In this document: piece by piece, positions 49,691-61,244 of the stretch | Layout: each line of letters begins with the position of its first letter | Position numbering within the stretch: position 1 is the first letter of the stretch | Assembly: GCA_950097015.1 (NCBI GenBank) | Contig: CATNEN010000030.1 | Coordinates: 2,418,001 to 2,482,000 of the forward strand | Reading direction: 5' to 3' | DNA: 64,000 nucleotides | DNA from: Macrostomum hystrix | Lineage: Eukaryota; Animalia; Platyhelminthes | Made by a program: the position numbers and the translations under genes | The notes under the pieces: model-generated | Told to the model about the DNA's origin: nothing | The model's input: only the letters and a program-made list of their open reading frames with translations | The model's database searches: none

Positions 49691-50581
49691 GCGTTTTTTG
49701 CAAATATTCCAACCCTGATTTAAGCAGTTTTAGCTATCCTTATGTGATTGATTTTTGATATTTGATATAGAAACGTGCCAATATTTTGGATTGTACTTTA
49801 ATTGTTAATTGTTAATTTGAAACATTTAGATTGCGTGTCACAGACAATTGAAAGCCATTAGTCTATTCATCGTCAGTCAAGGACTTCCATATCTAGCATC
49901 GTAAGTTAGGGAAGCCCAGTTTTATTTAGCGAACTCGCCGCCTCCCATGAATAGTGAGTGATAGTATGCCTAGCAACTGTGCTTAGTGAATAGTTGCAGT
50001 CTAAAGCCGCAAAGCTTGAAATGAATGACGATCAAATTACTATTTCTTTAGCTCCCATACCAATTTGGGCCCGCAGGGATGTGGAGGTGGGGTGGGATGG
50101 AGGTGACCCAGACCCGCTAAGCAATGAGACGGAAGAAAACTCGCTCAGACGGATAAAAATGAGGTAAGTATAAGGCTTCTTGACTAGAACTGCACAGTAA
50201 TATAAAATTAATATTCAAGGCCTAGTTAGACTTCGATATAAACAGTAGATGGGATTTGATTCCGCTCTGAGTTTGTTCCCAGCCCGCATGTCATCAATAT
50301 TTCAGGCGCTAAACTCAGTTCCCACGAAGGCGAAATGGACACACTGGTGGGCACACAAGTCTATTCCAGACTTAGAAGCTCAAATTTCTGCTAAAGAGGA
50401 GCTAGCCTACCGCATGAGAAGCTGCGACGAGAAAACAGCTGGTGTGTGCCAATCGCAAACGTCGGCTTGGCGAAAGATTTCGCAGATTAGATAGATTAAC
50501 TTAAGGGAATTACTCGTACTTGGATTGTCGAAGCTGATGAATTTTTCATATGATAATGGTTGCAGATATTTTTCTAATCAC

Positions 50582-50985
50582 TGCACCCACAGCCCCGCAC
50601 CCACAGCCCTGCACCCACAGCCCTGCACCCACAGCCCTGCACCCACAGCCCTGCACCCACAGCCCTGCACCCACAGCCCTGCACCCACAGCCCTGCACCC
50701 ACAGCCCCCCACCCACAGCCCTGCACCCACAGCCCTGCACCCACAGACCTGCAACCACAGCCCCGCACCCACAGCCCTGCACCCACAGCCCTGCACCCAC
50801 AGCCCTGCACCCACAGCCCCGCACCCACAGCCCTGCACCCACAGCCCTGCACCCACAGCCCTGCACCCACAGCCCCGCACCCACAGCCCTGCACCCACAG
50901 CCCTGCACCCACAGCCCTGCACCCACAGCCCTGCACCCACAGCCCCGCACCCACAGCCCTGCATCCACAGCCCTGCACCCACAGT
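50582..50985. repeat. 14-bp minisatellite ACCCACAGCCCTGC
   Basis: Visible. Confidence 0.95.
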
Positions 50986-52431
50986 GAGATCCCCATACTA
51001 CACAGATCCTATTGCTGTGAGATACCTTGTAATTACTACACAGATCCCGTTGCAGTGAGATCCCCATACTACACAGATGCCATTGCTGTGAGATACCTTG
51101 TAATTACTACACAGATCCCGTTGCAGTGAGATCCCCATACCGCACATATCCATACTAGGGTCTATCTAAAACGCTTTCCCTATCCTAGTGTGGGAGCAAA
51201 TCCTCATTTTGTACGCAACTAGTGCAGGCACAAAATTTAGATGGCCCTCTGTTGGCGTGCCATGAGATTTCGTGAGCACCCCGTGAGAACAGATAGCATT
51301 GCCTGGGAAACTTTCGCACACCGAGTTAGTACCACGTTGCTGGGTTAAAGTGTGGTTGCTATGTGCGTGGAGGGTAGGAAGGAGAGAAAACAGGGTCGAG
51401 CTAGATAAGACAGACCCTTCAAAGTGCAAAATTCGTCTAGCGAGCCATGCAGCGACCACTTTCGATGGGAGAAAAATCGATCAGCATGTTGGAATCCCGC
51501 CTTTGGGAAATGACGCTGGTATAAGGGATCTGCTTAGTCATTTGGAGTCCCAAAACTTCTCTCCTCATCTTTCTGAGTTCCAACTTAGGGATTTTTAGTG
51601 CAAATTGGGAAGACGAGAGGTCAGGAGGGATATTTGGGTGAGAAATAAACTGGGGAGTCCCGGCTATCAATTGTGCAAAGTGGAAAATGAAGTTACAAAT
51701 GGGGATGGGGCGAGGAAGGACAAGGAGAGGGGAAAATTATCCCATTTGGTGTCTATCGGTCTTTCCTTATCTCCCCTCTCTTGTCCTTCGGCCTTCCTGT
51801 CCAGTTGCCCAATTAGGAGGCTACCGAGTGCCACAATGGGCTAAACTGTATATTTCCATTCGCCCAAAGTGGGGATGGAAATGGCCGGGCCGATAATAAA
51901 AGTACAAACTGAGTTCCAACGCGGCGTGAAGGATTAACAAATGCTAAAGAAGCTTTGCATTGCCAGTAGAATGAAAAAATATAGGCCCAAAGAGAGAAAG
52001 CCTATCTGCAGTTTTTTGCCTTCTTAGGAAAAACATTTCCCCTAGAAGAGGTGGCAGCGAAAATCATTTGCTTGGATTTCTCTTTCCTCCGGCATGATCC
52101 CCAGCAGGTCCTCAAGTACACTCCAGTGCGCCCCGCTACTTTATAATCCCGTACTACTGCTGCTGCTGCTACGCAAAAGACAACACTGACATTTGGGCAC
52201 CGACTATGCGCAGCAATCTTTGGACCAGATTTTTCCCATATTGCCAGTTCAATCCCTTACTGGCCTGGTGCGCTGTTTCACATCCGAAATCATAAATCTG
52301 TGACAGATGGGATATTTTTTCTCCATAGAGTGACTTTTTCTCTTGCTGAGAAGCATGGAGAAGCACCACTAGAACTACTAGACATGATGTGCGCCCAGTA
52401 CAATTTCACTTGTCTATTCAAAGACCATTAA

Positions 52432-53615
52432 GCCAATGTACTCATACTGCACATCTAGATACTCATACTGCACATCTAGCTACTCATACTGCACATCTAG
52501 CTACTCATACTGCACATCTAGCTACTCATACTGCCGTCTAGCTACTCATACTGCACATCTAGCTACTCATACTGCACATCTAGCTACTCATACTGCACAT
52601 CTAGCTACTCATACTGCCGTCTAGCTACTCATACTGCACATCTAGCTACTCATACTGCACATCTAGATACTCATACTGCACATCTAGCTACTCATACTGC
52701 ACATCTAGCTACTCATAAAGCACATCTAGCTACTCATACTGCACATCTAGCTACTCATACTGCACATCTAGCTACTCGTACCGCGCATCTAGCTACTCAT
52801 ACTGCCCTCTAGCTACTCATAAAGCACATCTAGATACTCATACTGCACATCTAGCTACTCATACTGCACATCTAGCTACTCGTACCGCGCATCTAGCTAC
52901 TCATACTGCCGTCTAGCTACTCATAAAGCACATCTAGCTACTCATAATGCACATCTAGCTACTCATAAAGCACATCTAGCTACTCATAAAGCACATCTAG
53001 CTACTCATAATGCACATCTAGATACTCATACTGCACATCTAGCTACTCGTACCGCCCATCTAGCTACTCATACTGCCGTCTAGCTACTCATACTGCACAT
53101 CTAGATACTCATAAAGCACATCTAGCTACTCGTACTGCCGTCTAGCTACTCATGAAGCACATCTAGCTACTCATGAAGCACATCTAGCTACTCGTACCGC
53201 GCATCTAGCTACTCATACTGCCGTCTAGCTACTCATAAATCACATCTAGCTACTCATAAAGCACATCTAGCTACTCATACTGCACATCTAGCTACTCATA
53301 CTGCACATCTAGCTACTCATACTGCACATCTAGCTACTCATACTGCCGTCTAGCTACTCATAAAGCACATCTAGCTACTCATACTGCACATCTAGCTAAT
53401 TATACTGCATATCTAGCTACTTGAACTGCACATCTAGCTAATCATAATGCACAACTAGCTATTCATACTGCACATCTATCTACTCATACTGCACATCTAG
53501 CTAATTATTCTGCATATCTAGCTACTTGAACTGCACATCTAGCTAATCATAATGCACATCTAGCTAATCATGATGCACATCTATCTACTCATACTGCACA
53601 TCTAGCTACTGGTAC
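52432..53615. repeat. 21-bp minisatellite CTACTCATACTGCACATCTAG
   Basis: Visible. Confidence 0.95.
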
Positions 53616-54169
53616 TGCCACCTGCCACTAGTTTGAACTCACCGAGAGATGTCTGCAGTCAGAAGCTCTGGCTCAGTTACAGTGGCTGTCCCTGTTCGGC
53701 TCGGGGCGTGTTGCTACTGCCTCGTTTCTACCGTAGTGCTGCGTCTCATCTTTCAACAGTCCGGCGAAGTTTTTTTCTTACCACCCAATCAGCCCGTATT
53801 AGGCTAAGGGCCTGCTACTCCAACAGCGGCCTGTTTGCATGCGCGGGCACGTCCAATAGAATTCGTTCTAGCTGAGAAGATTCACTAGATTCACGTAGGG
53901 ACATGATGGAGAGTGCACGAAAGCTGGGATAGAAATGTAGGACGCTAGAAATAATAAGAGGGAGGAAATGAAGGAAATAACTCTACAAGTAGGGAGAATG
54001 AAAACTGTTCAAGAAAATATCTGAGGAAATCTGGATTCACAACATGCTAAGTGTTTATTCGAGGCTATATTAAAATTCATTTCCGGGAATTTTTGTGGGA
54101 ACGTGCCCCTCTGTCTCGATATCTCGTCCTCGTCTTCTAAATTCTGCGTTAAGGCGAGGAATTAATAAA

Positions 54170-55020
54170 AATTCTCTCCCACGCCTTCTCTCTCTCGCCT
54201 TCTTCTCCCTCGCCTTCTCTCCCTCGCTTTCTCTACCTCGCTTTCTTCTCCCTCGACTTCTCTCCCTCGCCTTCTCTCCCTCGCCTTCTTCTCCCTCGCC
54301 TTCTCTCCCTCGCTTTCTCTACCTCGCTTTCTCTACCTCGCTTTCTCTACCTCGCTTTCTCTACCTCGCTTTCTTCTCCCTCGACTTCTCTCCCTCGCCT
54401 TCTCTCCCTCGCCTTCTTCTCCCTCGCCTTCTCTCCCTTGCTTTCTTTTCAATTGCCTTCTCTCCCTCGCCTTCTCTCTCTCGCCTTCTTCTCCCTCGCC
54501 TTCTCTCCCTTGCCTTCTTCTCCCTCGACTTCTCTCCCTCGCTTTCTCTACCTCGCTTTCTTCTCCCTCGACTTCTCTCCCTTGCTTTCTTTTCAATTGC
54601 CTTCTCTCCCTCGCCTTCTCTCTCTCGCCTTCTTATCCCTCGCCTTCTCTCCCTTGCCTTCTTCTCCCTCGCCTTCTCTCCCTCGCTTTCTCTACCTCGC
54701 TTTCTTCTCCCTCGACTTCTCTCCCTCGCTTTCTTCTCCCTCGCTTTCTTCTCCCTCGCTTTCTTCTCGCTCGCCTTCTCTCCCTCACTTTCTTCTCCCT
54801 CGCTTTCTTCTCCCTCACTTTCTTCTCCCTCGCTTACTTCTCCCTCGCTTTCTTCTCCCTCACTTTCTTCTCCCTCGCTTTCTTCTCCCTCACTTTCTTC
54901 TCCCTCGCTTTCTTCTCCCTCGCTTTCTTCTCCCTCGACTTCTCTCCCTCGCTTTCTTCTCCCTCGCTTTCTTCTCGCTCGCCTTCTCTCCCTCACTTTC
55001 CTCTTTCTCGCTTTCTCTCT
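54170..55020. repeat. CT-rich ~15-bp minisatellite CTCCCTCGCTTTCTT
   Basis: Visible. Confidence 0.9.
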
Positions 55021-55754
55021 CTTACTCATCAAATTGGCCAAGACGCCTTCTCTATCAGGTCAATGATAATTTTCCATCGCACTTGACCTGACTACCTTGG
55101 AGTGTTGCCTATCCGTCAACGAAGGTGATAGAATTGGCTAAGCTAAATTGGTCACAGCCCTGCATGCAGCTGTTCGTTCCCTCAGTTGGCACCTGCCCCA
55201 GCATCTACTTTGGGCATGCATCTCTCTGAGCCTAATTTTTCTTTCACTCAAAAGGCTGCTCACCTAGGAGCTGGGGCCGGGCGGAGGCGCAGATGTGGCA
55301 GGACCGGCTAATAAACAATTCAGTCCTGGCGCCCATTGCGACAAATCCAATCGATTTTCTATTTTTGCCCAACGCTCTCTCCGCGACAGTTTCTCACTGT
55401 TTTTCTGTAGTTAGAGAGCTTTCACAATCGCCCTGTCGCCTAGGATTAAGTGCAGAGTATAGCTATGGATGCAGAGACCAAATCTGAGGCCCTCAAAATT
55501 ATTGATTGAGCATTTGAAGCATCTGCAGTTATTGTTTACCGCATGCGGTGTTGGCGTCCTGTTAATGAGAGCACAATGCCGTGTCATCTCAAGGGTAAGC
55601 ATCAGCATAGCAATTCGCCGGAAAATCAGAAAGCCCGATGTACTATAAAATATGGAGGAACGTCTAAGTAGCACTTTCTTACATTTTATTGAATACAACT
55701 TTTATTAGTAACGATTTTTTATCCATGAAGAATCTTTTTACTCTACTAATTTCA

Positions 55755-56540
55755 AGGATAATTCAATCGACGAGTAACGATAATTCAATCGATCAGTAAC
55801 GATGTTTCCATCTATGAGTAACGATATTTCAATCGATGAGTAACGAAGTTTCAATCGATGAGTAACGATGTTTCAATCGATGAGTAACGATATTTCAATC
55901 GATGAGTAACGATGTTTCAATCGATGAGTAACGATGTTTCAATCGATGAGTAACGATATATCAATCTATGAGTAACGATATATCAATCTATGAGTAACGA
56001 AGTTTCAATCGATGAGAAACGATGTTTCAATCTATGAGTAACGAAGTTTCAATCGATGAGTAACGATATATCAATCTATGAGTAACGAAGTTTCAATCTA
56101 TGAGTAACGATGTTTCAATCTATGAGTAACGAAGTTTCAATCGATGAGTAACGATATTTCAATCGAAGAGTAACGATATTTCAATCTAATAGTAACGATG
56201 TTTCCATATATGAGTAAAGATATTTCAATCGATCAGTAACGATGTATCCATCTATGAGTAACGATGTTTGTATCTATGAGTAACGAAGTTTCAATCGATG
56301 AGTAACGAAGTTTCAATCTAGGAGTAGCGATATTTCAATCGAAGAGTAACGATATTTCAATATGAGTAACGATGTTTCAATCTAGGAGTAACGATGTTTC
56401 AATCGACGAGTAACGATAATTCAATCGACGAGTAACGATAATTCAATCGATCAGTAACGATATTTCAATATGAGTAACGATGTTTCAATCGATGAGTAAC
56501 GATGTTTCAATCGATCAGTAACGATGTTTTAATCAATGAG
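55755..56540. repeat. 22-bp minisatellite GAGTAACGATGTTTCAATCGAT
   Basis: Visible. Confidence 0.95.
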
Positions 56541-58127
56541 TAACGTCTTTTCAATCTATTAGTTACGATATTTTAATTTTTAAGTAGCGACTTTTAGCAT
56601 GACTTTGAGTAACGATATTTCAAACAACAATATGGATTCGCCATGAGTATGAGTAAGGATATTTACTCACTACGTAAATTTTGATCCAAATGTTGGACTT
56701 TCAAGAAAATCGGTCGCTCGGTTAATTTCATAGCTCCCAAGACCTATGACGCCAACACCGATTAATGAAAAAATTGCTAATTTAAACTAGTAAAATCTTG
56801 CTCATTGTGTTAAAAAATCTTAATTTTACACACCAAAATGTCAATTAGAGATGTGCTTCATTTGCAAACACACATTATATTATATTTAGTTTCTAAGCAG
56901 TGATTTTATAACTCATTTCTTTAATAATACACTTTTTATATAGTGCCACAGTGATTTGTTTAAGAACTTAGTTAAACAATATAATGAGATCGAGCAGCTT
57001 TGTTAAATACAGGTTCCGCTTGCAAATAAAAACTATTGAATGATTAAACCCGCTGCGTGGTCCGGGGTTCGACTCCAGCCAGCTTCAAAGCGAATTGTTA
57101 TAATTTTACCATGCAGATATAAGATTTCAGAGAGCAAAACAGAAAAGACTGGACAGTGTTAACAGCAACACAATGAGAGCAGCTAGAGCTGTATGAAATG
57201 GTATGTTTTACTTGTTACTTAGCTCTTTCAAACTCACACAATATTAAATATATAAAGCCAATAAGCATGATCCGCGTAAAAATAGAAAGTTAACAAACAA
57301 TTATTTTTTATTAATATATTAGGCTAGTGAGCAAAGCAAACACATGATGCCTTTTGGAGCAAATCATTACTACTTAAGTAGAAACATACAACACTCTACC
57401 TCGGTTTAAAATCGGCCTTCTAAACCTGATTGGCCCATTACGGTTTAACATGTGACTATTTTCATATCTCTGTCTTAGTCACACCTAATCACGTGACTGG
57501 CCACAGCCAATTATAAACTTAAAAGGGATGATTTATACTAAATTTGAGTGTTGCATCGCACTGCACTACTTATAGTAAAACACACTGAAATTGGCGCACT
57601 AATAAGTAGAAAAAGAAATTTAATATGCAAAAACATCACAACTGTATTTTATTAGAATGGTGAAAGCTAAAATCTGGCCAAAAAAAATAACTGCACGGAA
57701 AACACTGAGGAATGAATTTCTAAGGCTTTGGAAAAGAAAAATTCACAGTTCTAGTCCAGCTATTTATAAGAAATCGTGTTAAGTAAAAGAGCACACTATA
57801 TGGATTGTTTTCTCTGCTAATAAACAATAACAGACAACATATAGAATAGAAATTATATATTGTAATGTGAACTTTCAACACAGACCAAGTAGGGAATGGT
57901 GAATACTGGAGAATGATCAAATACCTGCCAATGAAAACGCTTTACAAAATAGTAAGTAAGGATGGGCAAACTCAATAATACAGACTCGAGAAGTATGGCA
58001 AGTGTGAGTTAGCTTAATTAGTTTAGACCTGTACATTGGAAATTGTAGTTCTAATTAAAAATAACAAAAATAATTTATTACACCTGCCCTAATCGGGCCC
58101 GATGTGCAGCCGACAGCACAGCCGCAG

Positions 58128-58143
58128 CTATTGCGCGGCGCAA
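58128..58143 (-). CDS. CORO: Possible coronin terminal mini-exon SCAAQ*
   Basis: Phase-2 acceptors at 58164 and 58143 both lead to TGC GCC GCG CAA TAG. Intron read-through (RYDRSSQC*) is an alternative ending. Confidence 0.3.
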
Positions 58144-58164
58144 CTGAAGGCTGCGTACCGCTGG

Positions 58165-58355
58165 CTGTTCAGTCCATGGACTGGGGGACGCACAAACCAC
58201 CCTCAATTACCCCACGTGATTCTGGTGCCCATTTAACAGCTGGGTGAGTTAAAGCAGTGTAGAGTTAAGTGCCTTGCTAAAGGACACACATTGTTCCGGT
58301 GGAGTAAGGATTCGAATCCCCGACCTTCAAGTCGTCAGTCCGACGCTCTAACCGG
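58165..58355 (-). mobile_element. tRNA-derived SINE family 1
   Basis: Head with GGATTCGAATCC, then gtgtcctttagcaaggcacttaactc (CORE-like block); 3' end ccccCAGTCCATGGACTGaac. Confidence 0.8.
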
Positions 58356-58545
58356 AGCGACGTTCTAGGCTACAACCCCTTAGCTCTGTTCTGTTATTCC
58401 TATTCACATTGTAATTTGTAAGCCAACTCATAGGCTAAAAAAGAAATAAAAAAATTCGAAATGGAAGCAGTATTATAAACACGAAACCGAACACGAATTC
58501 TAACAAGCTATAATCAGTGATCAACACTGGCTGGACCTATCATAC

Positions 58546-58691
58546 CTGCGCAGCAGTGTTCTCAAGTAGACTAGCTCACTCTCCTTGGACTGCAGTTCCT
58601 TCTCTAAGCGCATTAGGCGCATATCGCGAAACGCCAGCTCCTTGCGCAAGCTGGACAGCTCCAAGTCTTTGGCTGCTAGGTGGCCAGTCAG
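58546..58691 (-). CDS. CORO: Coronin C-terminal coiled-coil exon
   Basis: Acceptor gactag| (phase 0); heptad pattern LAAKDLELSSLRKELAFRDMRLMRLEKELQSKESELVYLRTLL; possible donor AG|GTATGA. Confidence 0.8.
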
Positions 58692-58919
58692 CTAGTCACA
58701 ATGGGATCAGAGAATAGGAAGCATTAGGTGAGATTATAGTTGCCAAAGATTTATTAACAGTAGAAATACAACAGTCATTCGGTTTGGGAGCTATCGTAAA
58801 GTAGGCGATGGGCACTTAAGATACCCCCGTGGTCATTCCCCAGGTGAAAAAGCATGAAAAAACTGTTCAGGGCAAGGAAAATTTTCTAATTGTCTAGTCC
58901 CGCTGTCCGTGTATCTCAC

Positions 58920-59003
58920 CTCGTGAATTGTGCCAGCTTCAGCTGCCTGAGAAGCCTGCGATGTCCCAGCGCACGCACCGTTATTGTCCTCGGCTGCAGG
59001 AGC
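58920..59003 (-). CDS. CORO: Coronin short exon (28 aa)
   Basis: Acceptor tattttag|, donor GAG|GTGAGA, phase 0/0; APAAEDNNGACAGTSQASQAAEAGTIHE. Confidence 0.75.
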
Positions 59004-59029
59004 CTAAAATAGTTGGCAGTTCTGGGATC

Positions 59030-59455
59030 ACAGAGTGATAGACCATTTCTGGGATCAGAGAGTGATAGACCATTTCTGGGATCAGAGAGTGATAGACCAT
59101 TTCTGGGATCAGAGAGTGATAGGACCATTTCTGGGATCAGAGAGTGATAGGAACATTTCTGGGATCAGAGAGTGATAGGACCATTTCTGGGATCAGAGAG
59201 TGATAGGAACATTTCTGGGATCACAGAGTGATAGGAACATTTCTGGGATCAGAGAGTGATAGACCATTTCTGGGATCAGAGAGTGATAGGACCATTTCTG
59301 GGATCACAGAGTGATAGGACCATTTCTGGGATCAGAGAGTGATAGACCATTTCTGGGATCAGAGAGTGATAGGACCATTTCTGGGATCACAGAGAGTGAT
59401 AGGACCATTTCTGGGATCAGAGAGTGATTGGGTTAGTTCAGGGATCAGAGAGTGC
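59030..59455. repeat. 27/28-bp minisatellite TTCTGGGATCAGAGAGTGATAGGACCAT
   Basis: Visible; in a coronin intron. Confidence 0.95.
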
Positions 59456-59457
59456 CT

Positions 59458-59828
59458 CAGACTCACCCGCACAGCAGTCACTCACCTGCACAGCAGAGTC
59501 ACTCACCCGCACAGCAGTCACTCACCTGCACAGCAGAGTCACTCACCCGCACAGCAGTCACTCACCCGCACAGCAGAGTCACTCTCCCGCACAGCAGTCA
59601 CTCACCTGCACAGCAGAGTCACTCACCCGCACAGCAGAGTCACTCACCTGCACAGCAGAGTCACTCACCTGCACAGCAGAGTCACTCACCCGCACAGCAG
59701 AGTCACTCACCCGCACAGCAGAGTCACTCACCTGCACAGCAGAGTCACTCACCCGCACAGCAGAGTCACTCACCTGCACAGCAGAGTCACTCACCCGCAC
59801 AGCAGAGTCACTCACCCGCACAGCAGAA
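59458..59828 (-). repeat. 21/19-bp minisatellite built from a splice donor (TCTGCTGTGCRG|GTGAGTGAC)
   Basis: Visible; straddles the coronin exon end. Confidence 0.95.
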
Positions 59829-60334
59829 GTGTCAGCGGGCACACGCGCCACGAATCCTGTGGTGACGGTGGAGGCCCGCCGCTTGACTAACGCCGAATCG
59901 TCCTTCGAGACAGTGGGTGTTGAATTATCGTCGGCAGCTGCAACGACGGCTAAGCCAGCTGCTGAGGCAAACGCCAGTCGAGGTGTTGAACGCGGATGTC
60001 GAAAGCTCTGAGCTCGCCGGCCAGAGAAGGAGCCGCCGCCGGCCCCAGTCGGAGACTCGGCCGGCGCGTCCAGGTGCTCGAATTTTTCCAACAGGCGGGA
60101 GAATTTCTCCGGACCGCAGCTACCGGCAGCCTTGGCGTCAGCCTGTTCAGCTTCTGGGGCCGATGCTAATTCCGCCACCGACAACGGCTGAGTTTGAGTT
60201 TGAGGCTGAGGTTGCGGCGGCAACACTGCTAGTTTCGGCGGAGATGCGGCCTGCACCAGGTGCTGAATATTGTGAAGAGTTCCAGGCATCTGCAAGGCTG
60301 GTTGCTGATGATCGCCTCCGTTACCATTAGCAAC
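59816..60334 (-). CDS. CORO: Coronin unique-region exon (3' end ambiguous, 11 in-frame donors)
   Basis: Acceptor gatccag| (phase 0), open GC-rich frame, first donor CGG|GTGAGT at 59815. Confidence 0.75.
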
Positions 60335-60459
60335 CTGGATCGCGGTGCGAGAAAGCTTTCATTGCAGCAAATTTTAAGCTGAGTTTCAAACCTTTGGAAT
60401 TTGAGCAGGCCCGGAATAGGCCTTAATAAATACCTAAATAAACAATAGGAGGTTGGCAC

Positions 60460-60575
60460 TCAAGGGCGTAAGTTGCACAACAGGCTCCCAAGCCTTCTCT
60501 CCGCGGCAGCAGCCCTAAATTAATATGGCCTCGCCGCGGAATCGAACTCAGGGACCTTGGTGCAAGAGGCAGCCA
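60460..60575 (-). mobile_element. SINE family 2 fragment in coronin intron
   Basis: ccaagccttctctccgcggc...ggcctcgccgcggaatcgaactcagggaccttggtgcaagaggc. Confidence 0.75.
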
Positions 60576-60596
60576 CTCAGAACCTTCAAAGCCTAC

Positions 60597-61103
60597 CTTA
60601 GTGATTACCCGCTGCTGGACCAGCGGCTGATCAGCCTTCAAAGCGGAGTCGGCCACAGCCGGAGGATTGATGATCTCCCCAGTGGATAAGGAGACTCGCA
60701 CCGGGTCCCGGTTGGCGCCGGCCAGCCAGCGATCGGCGCTTAGCGCCGCAATCGGCGCCGCAGCTGGCGGATAAATATCCGAGATGTGGTGGCCGCGCCT
60801 CGGCGCAATGATTCGAACGGGTTCAACAACATTAGAGGCCACGTGCAGCCGATACAGGCGGCCAACTTCGCATAGGGAACGATCCAGAGCTCGCTTAGGC
60901 AACTGGGCGATGCACTTCTGCGGACTGGGCGTGCTGAACTGGTTCAGATAGTGCAGCCGATTGCGGGTCACTTCGTAGAAGCGAATGTTGCCATCACCGC
61001 GGCCGGCCAGGTACAGCAGGCTGCAGTCCGGATCGAAGTAGGGCAGCAGCACGCCGGAACTGGAGTCCACTTCGTCGCAATGCAACGCCTTCTTTGGATT
61101 GTT
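60597..61103 (-). CDS. CORO: Coronin exon: end of WD40 propeller and conserved C-terminal extension (upstream exons lie outside the window)
   Basis: DSSSGVLLPYFDPDCSLLYLAGRGDGNIRFYE and IYPP...ALSADRWLAG match coronin signatures; acceptor cactag|, donor AAG|GTAGGC. Confidence 0.92.
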
Positions 61104-61244
61104 CTAGTGTTTGGCGAGGATAAAAAAAATATTTTATTTTCTCACGATACTACTGATTGAGAACCGAGTAATACACGATGAACCAAAAAGAAACTAATTT
61201 ATCACTTTCTATAGTTTCATTAGGCAATTGTTTGGAGTTTGATA

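Noticed and set aside
48947-49723. 258-aa ILAADPAA/ILATDPGT repeat protein
   Set aside because: A 24-bp unit keeps frame automatically; no proper start or flanking exon signals. Cannot be fully excluded without RNA data.
50249-50494. 81-aa plus ORF
   Set aside because: No recognisable motif and no convincing splice partners.
57050-57090. GGTTCGACTCC B box as a tRNA gene
   Set aside because: No A box or cloverleaf; probably a SINE head remnant. No intact tRNA, rRNA or spliced-leader gene was seen in the window.
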